Source: Amoeboaphelidium protococcarum X5
Lineage: Eukaryota; Fungi; Aphelidiomycota
Assembly (NCBI GenBank): GCA_023515725.1
Contig: JALDTO010000078.1
Location: forward strand, 1 to 6,305
Reading direction: 5' to 3'
Length of the DNA: 6,305 bases
Part shown: positions 1 through 6,305 of the stretch, one piece after another
Layout of the letters: the number at the start of each line of letters is the position of its first letter
Numbering within the stretch: position 1 is the stretch's first letter
Program-made: the position numbers and the translations under genes
The notes under the pieces: generated by a model
What the model was told of the DNA's origin: nothing
Seen by the model: the letters and a program-made list of their open reading frames with translations, nothing else
Databases searched by the model: none

Positions 1-623
1 GTACCTCATTCTGCTGCGTGTCTACCTCTCCTCTCTCGACTGAAATCGCGGTTGAATCAACAAAAGGGCTGTTTTTTGTTCGGCGGTGTTTAAATTAAGG
101 CAGTGTAAAAAGTTTTCACTCAGTTGTCGAATTATACGCGTAAGTGTCATCCTCCTATGCAACTATCATTGCGATCATCTCGTTTGACTTTGGGTTGATA
201 CCATCAATATTGCGCGCTTTGTTGTTTGATAGGTGCGACCGCTCATCCCCTCTCTCTTTTAGACTTTGGTCAACAGTAGTAATTGTTATAACAATATTAT
301 TGATTGCTGCTGCACTGTGTTAAAGAACAGAATACAGCTCTGTTTATACATGAATCTTTGGCGTATAAGGTGTAGTTGAATTATCGTTGCTGTGTTGTTA
401 CAAAGAGTTAAAACTGGCAGATTATACTAGTCTCTGTTGTGTATTAGTACACTGAGGAAAGTTGGCTATCCTATTTTGGGGATTCCTGTGGCTTTGACTG
501 ATTCCTCGCTTGTATTAGACATGAAGGAGCTTTGTTGAGTGATGATTGCTGGAATTGCGGTAAAGGAGAGAGTGAGCTGATCTGGGTATAGCTTAAGCTG
601 AAAATATTGTGGTTTGGGATTGA

Positions 624-2573
624 TATGTTTCTGAACAATGGAATACCCCTTCCAATAAAAGCGTCAACCTGAAAAGTCTTACTAAATTTATATAACTATC
701 TGCTCTAGAGCAAACAATCTGCAAAAGCATTACTACCGTCATGTTCGCGTTTAATATCAAGTTTGATGTTAAGCGCGTCTCCAAGTTTGTCAAGCGCGTG
801 TTGGGCACAATGTATAATCGGAAGACTGCTTGGCTCGTAAGTACTGAAGGATTTTATTTCAGACCCGTTAATTTCTATAAATGCTCTTGAGTGTGAACAA
901 AAAAATATTCTTTGTGATGAAATACTGTATATTCGTACTGGTGACGACAGTGAATCTTATTAGTGATCCTTCGCGTGAAGAGACTCCTCCTCAAATGATA
1001 ACCAGAGAAACCTCCTTGCTCTCAAGCTATCCGTTAATTATTTGATAGCTTCAAGATGAACGCCTGCCGTCTGTCCGTCTGCTATGGGATTGGTTGTTGA
1101 AGAATGGGAAAGCATAAACTCCCGTTGCTTACACTCTTTACGAAGCAGTCAAAGACGTAGATGATGTGTCTTCCCTGCTGCTGCAGCATGTCGTGGTCGC
1201 TGAGACGCCAAATAAAGAAGAGACCGATACTGGTTTGCTTCAAAATTTAAGCAATAGCGTGGTTTGACATCAATAGTTTGAGCCCGATGTGACTCTTACC
1301 TGCCACCTTATGATCAATAGCGTGGTCATAGTACTAAGTTGGCCGAGGAACACTATGGCTTAATGAATGTGGATGTGTAGTCTGTTGGCAATAGTGTCTT
1401 ACAATCATTTTATGTAGCCTCGTGAAATACTTAATTTGGGTAAGAACAAGTCCGCCCCTGTCTTTATAAGGTGCTGCTGGATACCAGACAAAGCTAGATT
1501 AGAGCTTTCCTATGCTTGACGCAATACGCTCTAATCTATCTTTGGACCGTGGTGCTACTGTGTTGGGCGTGTCTTTGCAAAGTAGATATACTGGCTTGGA
1601 GTCTTTGGCCAGATATATTGTTAAGCACTTTCCGCGTCTGGAACGAATCATTCTCTAGAGGTCGTCTAGACTGTCAGTCAGTTAGCATGAGAATCTTAAG
1701 TTATTGCTATAATCTAGAAGATGGATAAAACAATCACTGACATATCATATAACTTTAAACTTAATGCTCCTAGGCTTCTTTAAAGCCCATTCTGCAATTA
1801 CGAAAGCACGTATTGCCCAATTTGCCGAAAGTCGTTCAGCCCGGAGAATAAAAAGAGTTATATTCTGTCAAGTATTCTGCCTATTATCAGTTAGATTCGT
1901 ACAATGGTTAAGAACGTATCATGCGACGCCGGCGATCAATGTCCCTGTAGCAACTCTACCTTTTGCAATGCTGCGAAAGATGCGCTGTTGAAGCTGAATA
2001 AGTATAATAACAGTGGAGTATAATCTGTTATCAAGATGGCCACCTGCCTAGATCCTCGCTACAAATTAAGACACTTTAAGCGGTCCGCACCCAAAGATGT
2101 TGTCGAATTTAAGGCTAGAATGAAGGTTAATTTCAAGAACTACGAAGGTGTATAATGTACGCCTGTGGAAGCTTCTTAGTGATCTAGAGTGAAGTCCTAA
2201 CTTTTGGAGACGGCGGTTCTACTAGACTTTAGTGATGGACCTGCATAAAATGATTCAGAGCTGGGAGCATACTTGCGCGAATCCTGTGCTCCTTCCTCTG
2301 ATTGTCCCTCTGGGGTGGTGGAAGATGAATCAGCGAAAGTATCCGACTGTAGCAAAGATGGTAAGAGATTTTCTGGCCGTTCCTAGCTCAAGTGTTGCAT
2401 CAGAACAACAATTCAGTCAAGGAGGATTAATTGTGAGTTCAAAGAGGTACAACTTAGAGCCGGCAACTATCGGTGCAATGGCGTTTCTTACCTACTGGTT
2501 ATCTCGGTCTCAAGGACGTGGAGTTGATTTGTTGGATTTTTAGGCTGTATTGATGAGGCGGAGGTTTGAATGA
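624..2573 (+). pseudogene. Decayed hAT-superfamily (Ac/Hermes-like) DNA transposase; 5' boundary uncertain
   Basis: The strong part is 1862-2573. Frame +2 gives ILSSILP, LKLNKY, ATCLDPRYK (LDPRYK at 2048-2065) and DSELGAYLRE. A frameshift at CCC 2306-2308 then moves to frame +3, giving PLGWWKMNQRKYPTVAKMVRDFLAVPSSSVASEQQFSQGG...RYNL...W (hATC/dimerisation domain, catalytic-type Glu at 2403-2405). The TAG at 2541 reads as Gln, so the stop is TGA 2571-2573. There is an internal TGA at 2180. Weaker upstream remnants in hAT order are LTKFI...FAFNIKF...TMYNRK (~680-825), QAIRQLFDSF (~1023-1052) and WVRTSP (~1437-1454), broken by frameshifts and TGA codons. Confidence 0.8.
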
Positions 2574-3180
2574 ATGGACTTGTAAGACAAAATGAGTATA
2601 TCTCGTAAAATTATCCGATTTTCTTACGTATCGCCATTGAATCCGACCGCTATGATAATGTTCCACTCGGGATCTATTTGAGTCTACTCAATCTCATCGC
2701 TCTAGTCTAGACCATGCTGTTGCAGAGCTTGAATAAAAGGCTAAACTTAGACCATGGTCTTGTCCTCTTTACAGTAATTTGGTTAAATTTAAGACGCAAA
2801 GTGTTGGTTACGCAGGAATTGTATATATAATTTTAAGTGATTGAATGATGAAGTAAAAAAACTGTGGAATAAAGTTAATGTTATTGGAGGTTATCTTTAA
2901 TCTTTGTGTTTCAGGTTGATCCCAGTCACTGTCAAACTGCTAAAACGCGACCATCAAACAGGTCGTTTAAGCAATCGCCATTAGTGTGAACTCTTTTGAA
3001 ACCATAAAGTTGTATTCGAGAACCACATTCATTTTGAAAAACGATACACTCTCTTCAGATGAAACTCAATCTGCGCATTCGCTGCCATCATTTATTTAGC
3101 CTTAGACTGACTGCAGAATCTCTTACCAGTAGTAAATAAATGGAGAAACGAAACGGTGAAGGGAAGACTCATCGCGCACG

Positions 3181-3290
3181 TTCCTCTTATTCAATTCTAC
3201 TTCGTTCATCTTTACGGCAGCGACTCTCATTCTCGCTCCTCTTTTATTCTTTCATTCGTTCATTCATTCATTCTTCTATCTAACATTTCA
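3181..3290 (+). promoter_or_regulatory. Pyrimidine-rich (CT) tract with imperfect (TTCA)n microsatellite upstream of the Homer-like gene; probable core promoter/5' UTR
   Basis: Strongly C/T-biased + strand ending ~40 nt before ATG 3328, with TTCATTCGTTCATTCATTCATTC at 3251-3273. The function is inferred from position only. Confidence 0.45.
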
Positions 3291-3327
3291 CGTTAAGAAA
3301 GATATATAAGCAGAATATTTTTATAAT

Positions 3328-4323
3328 ATGGCAGATAAAGAGACGACTTTATTCACAATTAGTGCGCAAGTTTACGCTTTAGACAAAAATTAGAAATGGA
3401 CTCCACTGACATAGGATATCATTTAGGTGTCGTTCCTCAAGAATGATGCTGAGGTTGTGAGAATTTTGGGTATCGACAACAATGTGATTATTGTCAATTC
3501 TGTTATATCTCAGGGAATGCAGTATAGAAGACCATCTGATACCTTTGTGTAATGGTTTGATTCTCAACACATTCTTTATGGTCTCAATTTGACGAGTGTC
3601 GCCGATGCTGAGGGATTTGAGCGTGAGTTTGAAATTGCCACTGGCAAGAGGTCCAGATTGAATACTAATGCCAGTCAGTTGTCAAGCGGTAATGCTTCGG
3701 GTGGTGGTGGCGGCGGTGGTGCTATGAGTAAGAGTGTGTCCTCGTCCAACGTCGGCAATCCCGCTTAATAGCAACAAGTATAATAGTAATAGTCTCAGTC
3801 TTAAAATGCTAGTGGTAGTGCTGCAGGTGCATTGAGAGATGCAAAGACTACCACGAATCTATCATAATTCTCCAAGAGGGCACAGGAATAGGACGTCTAG
3901 TCAGCAAGTGGTAGTAAGCATGAATTGAACGGTACTGGAGCTGTAGTTGACTAGATGTAAAAGATGAATGTCAGAACAGACTCTGCCCAGTCTGGCGATA
4001 ATAGCAAGTCTGTGCTGTAGTGGAAAAACAAGGTTAAGGACCTGGAATTGTAAGTTATGACGCTTGAAGGTGAAAAGGCTGGTTTGAATGAACAGATTGC
4101 ATCCAGTGCCAAGATTATTAGCTCTCTCAAGTCTCACATTGCCACGCTGGAAGAGGATCTGGACAAGTTCAAGGCTTCGTTCCAGTCCAATGCCGCAAAT
4201 GTGAATATATGGAAGACTTAGCTGTCGCAATTACAAGATGCCAACGATGAATTGACCAACAAAATGGCAGAGTTTGAGTCTATTTACGATCGTCTCGGTG
4301 AATTGCTCAATAAAAACTCATGA
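3328..4323 (+). CDS. HOMER: Homer-like EVH1 (WH1) domain + C-terminal coiled-coil protein, 331 aa, intronless, read with TAA/TAG=Gln
   Basis: Frame +1 runs from ATG 3328 to TGA 4321-4323 with no internal TGA and 19 in-frame TAR codons (8 TAA, 11 TAG by hand count). The N-terminus MADKETTLFTISAQVYALDKNQKWTPLTQDIIQVSFLKNDAEVVRILGIDNNVIIVNSVISQGMQYRRPSDTFVQWFDSQHILYGLNLTSVADAEGFEREF matches the EVH1 pattern (W-x-P, RI, INS, F-x-QW-x-D, YGL). The C-terminal heptad region contains SNAANVNIWKTQLSQLQDANDELTNKMAEFE, similar to Homer1 STANVKQWKQQLAAYQEEAERLHKRVTELE. The CDS and EVH1 call are near certain; Homer orthology is less so. Confidence 0.88.
3700..3720 (+). repeat. (GGY)7 trinucleotide repeat encoding Gly7
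   Basis: GGT GGT GGT GGC GGC GGT GGT in frame in the Homer-like linker. Confidence 0.9.
3766..3804 (+). repeat. Poly-Gln tract QQQQVQQQQSQSQ written with mixed TAA/TAG/CAA/CAG codons
   Basis: In-frame codons are TAA TAG CAA CAA GTA TAA TAG TAA TAG TCT CAG TCT TAA, inside the linker of the Homer-like gene. Confidence 0.9.
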
Positions 4324-4649
4324 GTATTTATTATATATACACAGTTTTAAGCAATGTTAATAATGATGATCGGGTTGTGTTTTATTTGAGCTCAAGACAA
4401 GAGTAATCGGATCTACAACGTCTGTCAACGCGCGCTTTATCTTCCTCTTTGATGTTCCCTTATCATTATGTATTACTGATTATGGCTCTTGAACTAGTCG
4501 CGAACCATCTATTAATACGCTGAAGATTTTCTATTATAATTAAAACTCTTAAGTAACACAGGCTGCGTTTTATATACATCATAAACGACCACTCTCTTGG
4601 AACGATTTCGCTCTACCGCTGCTTGCCTATCATTATGCGAGTCGATCTT

Positions 4650-4840
4650 GTGCTCTTTTGTCGCTGTTTCACTCTCTCACTCTCTCCCTCGGACACAGTC
4701 TCTCAGTGTCTCTCACTTATTCTCCTTTTCCTCCGCTTGATCATAGAATCGTCTCTTTCTTTCTTTCTTTCTCGCGGCTTCTTCCATTCTCTTTATTAAT
4801 CTTCATCGTTGCAATCTCTTTCAGTTTCATTCATTTTGAG
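4650..4840 (+). promoter_or_regulatory. Pyrimidine-rich (CT/CTTT) tract upstream of the UBXN7-like gene; probable core promoter/5' UTR
   Basis: CTCTCTC and CTTTCTTTCTTT runs plus TTCATTCATT at 4826-4835, ending ~80 nt before ATG 4919. The function is inferred from position only. Confidence 0.45.
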
Positions 4841-4918
4841 TTGGAACAGTGAAAGTCTATTCTAGTAGTAGTTAAATATTTGCTGCATTTATAACAACTA
4901 TAGAAGTAGTGGAGTAAG

Positions 4919-6305
4919 ATGAGTGATACTGATATAACTTCATTTTGTTCAATCACAGGTAAGTCGTTTTTAACGTTCCTTAGAAAATTTGTAATGTTAA
5001 GTGTGTAATGAATCGTGTAGGAGCGTCAACTGATGATGCTGTCAAGTTTTTATAATTGTCGGATGGGAATGTGGAGAGTGCCGTATTGCTGTTTTTAGAA
5101 GGCGGTCTAGATGTCAATAGATAAGAGTTACCTCCTCTTGATAATGCTGGCAATGCTTCTGGTACTGCGAGAAGTCCTAACATAACTACTAACGTGAACA
5201 TGTCTGAATCTGACGATGATTTTGACGATTTTAATCAAGATAATAATACCTTAAATGATAACTCATTGATGGATGCATATGACCCGGCGGAGTAATAACG
5301 TTTGTTTGATCAAGTTCGTCAACCAATGGCTGCTGTGAGGGACACTTTAGTAGGAGGAGATATGATGATGGGTGGTAGAGGTGGTGGAGGAGTTGGCGGT
5401 GACTTGTACAGCTAGATGCTTAATGAAACTGGTATACCTAGTAGAGGTTAATCTAATCCTTACTCTATAGATGATCCTTTTGCCAGAATAGCATAGACTA
5501 CTCCGGGTGACTCTGAAGCTGGTGCCACTGCGAATCGACTGGCATAGTTATTCTCACCTCCGCATGATCTCATCTATCGCGGCTCTTTTGAAGATGCTCG
5601 AGCTGTGGCCAAGTCAAAAGAGCTATGGCTAATGATCACAATTCATGATCCATCAGAGTTTCCATGCCAGGTGTTGAATAGAGATTTGTGGAAGAATAAG
5701 GGTGTACATGATCTCGTGAAGGAGCATTTCGTATTCCTTCAGTACCAAGTGCATTCTCCTGAAGCGATGAAGTATTAAAACTTTTACAAGTACGACATTC
5801 TGCCTCATATTGCCATCATTGATGCCGTCACTGGTGAGAGGATGAAGGTTTGGACTGGGGATAATATCAAGGCCACCGAATTCATGTTTGACTTGGTAGA
5901 CTTTATGGAACGCCACGGTGGTAGTGTCACTACTGGCATCTCGGGTAATGATTAAATTGCATCTCCCTCCTCAGCTAAAAAGATCAAGATGGACCAGCTC
6001 AGTGAAGATGAATAATTAGCTCTTGCTCTGGCTGAGAGTGCAAAAGATGTTAATGGGAGCACTTAATCTTCATCCAAGTAATAAGCAGCCAAGGATAATG
6101 TCGTGGATCTAACTGAAGATTAAGTAGCAGCTGATTAGAAGGAATCTGGAACGTAATCGCAGCAGAATATTAATCCAATAAAGCGCGGAGATATCCAACC
6201 AGGTGAAGAGTCTACGAATTTGCAGTTCAAACTCCCCAGTGGAAAGAGGGTGGTTCAGAAATTCGCCAAAAGTGATAAGGTGCTTATATTATTCTAGCAC
6301 TTGAA
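4919..6305 (+). CDS. UBXN7: UBX-domain p97/Cdc48 adaptor of the UBXN7/Ubx5 type; join(4919..4958,5021..>6305), 3'-partial (441 codons visible), read with TAA/TAG=Gln
   Basis: Spliced translation starts MSDTDITSFCSITG/ASTDDAVKFLQLSDGNVESAVLLFLEGG (UBA-like). It continues with VRQPMAAVRDTLV, a UAS thioredoxin-like domain at ~5539-5913 (LAQLFSPPHDLIYRGSFEDARAVAKSKELWLMITIHDPSEFPCQVLNRDLWKN...PHIAIIDAVTGERMKVW), a UIM LSEDEQLALALAES (5998-6039) and the start of UBX TNLQFKLPSGKRVVQKF (6214 onward). There are 18 in-frame TAR codons (13 TAA, 5 TAG) and no in-frame TGA. Confidence 0.93.
4959..5020 (+). other. 62-nt phase-1 spliceosomal (GT-AG) intron in the UBXN7/Ubx5-like gene
   Basis: The donor is AG|GTAAGT at 4959 and the acceptor is TAG|G at 5020. 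Removal restores the UBA-like motif FCSITG-AS in frame. Retention hits TGA at 5009-5011. Confidence 0.9.

Noticed and set aside
758-799. Imperfect direct repeat CAAGTTTG(ATG)TYAAGCGCGT (KFDVKRV / KFVKRV)
   Set aside because: Two short copies inside a pseudogene. A local duplication at most, not an array.
1252-1326. 12-bp direct repeat CAATAGCGTGGT at 1252 and 1315
   Set aside because: Only two short copies, not CRISPR-like, and no evidence that it is a target-site duplication.
593-1991. Track ORFs 593..808 (-), 1516..1728 (+) and 1764..1991 (+) as independent genes
   Set aside because: They lie within the decayed transposase, were called with the wrong code, and are mostly off-frame or antisense.
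2232-2543. Track ORF as a stand-alone 103-aa hATC protein
   Set aside because: Its first ~25 aa are off-frame (the true frame +2 gives DSELGAYLRE until the frameshift at 2306-2308), and its TAG 'stop' is Gln.
2749-2760. Perfect 12-bp palindrome AGACCATGGTCT
   Set aside because: About one palindrome of this size is expected by chance in a window this long, and there is no supporting context.
2941-2970. Small bulged hairpin AAAC(GC)GACC...GGTCGTTT
   Set aside because: A short weak stem. Intrinsic terminators are not relevant in this eukaryotic context, and no ncRNA or tRNA fold is evident.
41-3060. Terminal inverted repeats / 8-bp TSD for the hAT element (e.g. CAGTGT at 101)
   Set aside because: No convincing inverted partner was found by eye in 2850-3120, only patchy similarity. 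einverted or multi-copy alignment is needed.
3379-4230. Track ORFs 3379..3570 (-) and 3901..4230 (-)
   Set aside because: Antisense shadows of the Homer-like CDS with no recognisable motifs.
4658-4852. Track ORF 4658..4852 (+), Ser/Leu/Phe-rich
   Set aside because: A by-product of the CT-rich tract, with a non-ATG start.
4980-5916. Track ORFs 4980..5201 (-) and 5653..5916 (-)
   Set aside because: Antisense shadows of the UBXN7-like CDS.
3328-6305. Interpreting the two stop-riddled genes as pseudogenes or RIP/deamination products
   Set aside because: There are no frameshifts, no internal TGA, motifs and splice sites are intact, and TAR codons sit at conserved Gln sites. Decay would also create TGA codons and indels, as it did in the hAT fossil.

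Overview
Eukaryotic genomic DNA that uses a non-standard genetic code in which TAA and TAG encode Gln and TGA is the only stop (as in translation table 6). The supplied standard-code ORF track therefore misses both real genes. Re-read by hand with TAR=Gln, the + strand carries three elements. (i) A decayed hAT-superfamily transposase (~620-2573) with frameshifts and internal TGA stops. (ii) An intronless 331-aa Homer-like gene (3328-4323) with an N-terminal EVH1 domain, a Gly/Gln-rich linker and a C-terminal coiled coil with a Homer-type ANVxxWKxQL motif. (iii) A 3'-truncated UBXN7/Ubx5-type p97/Cdc48 adaptor (4919->6305) with one 62-nt GT-AG intron and UBA-like, UAS, UIM and partial UBX domains. 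An opisthokont-like gene set plus TAR=Gln suggests an aphelid such as Amoeboaphelidium protococcarum, but this is inference. The most interesting observations are the recoding itself and a Homer-like protein whose EVH1 pocket carries Asn at the Homer Gly89 site. All family comparisons were made by eye from remembered sequences, with no database search.
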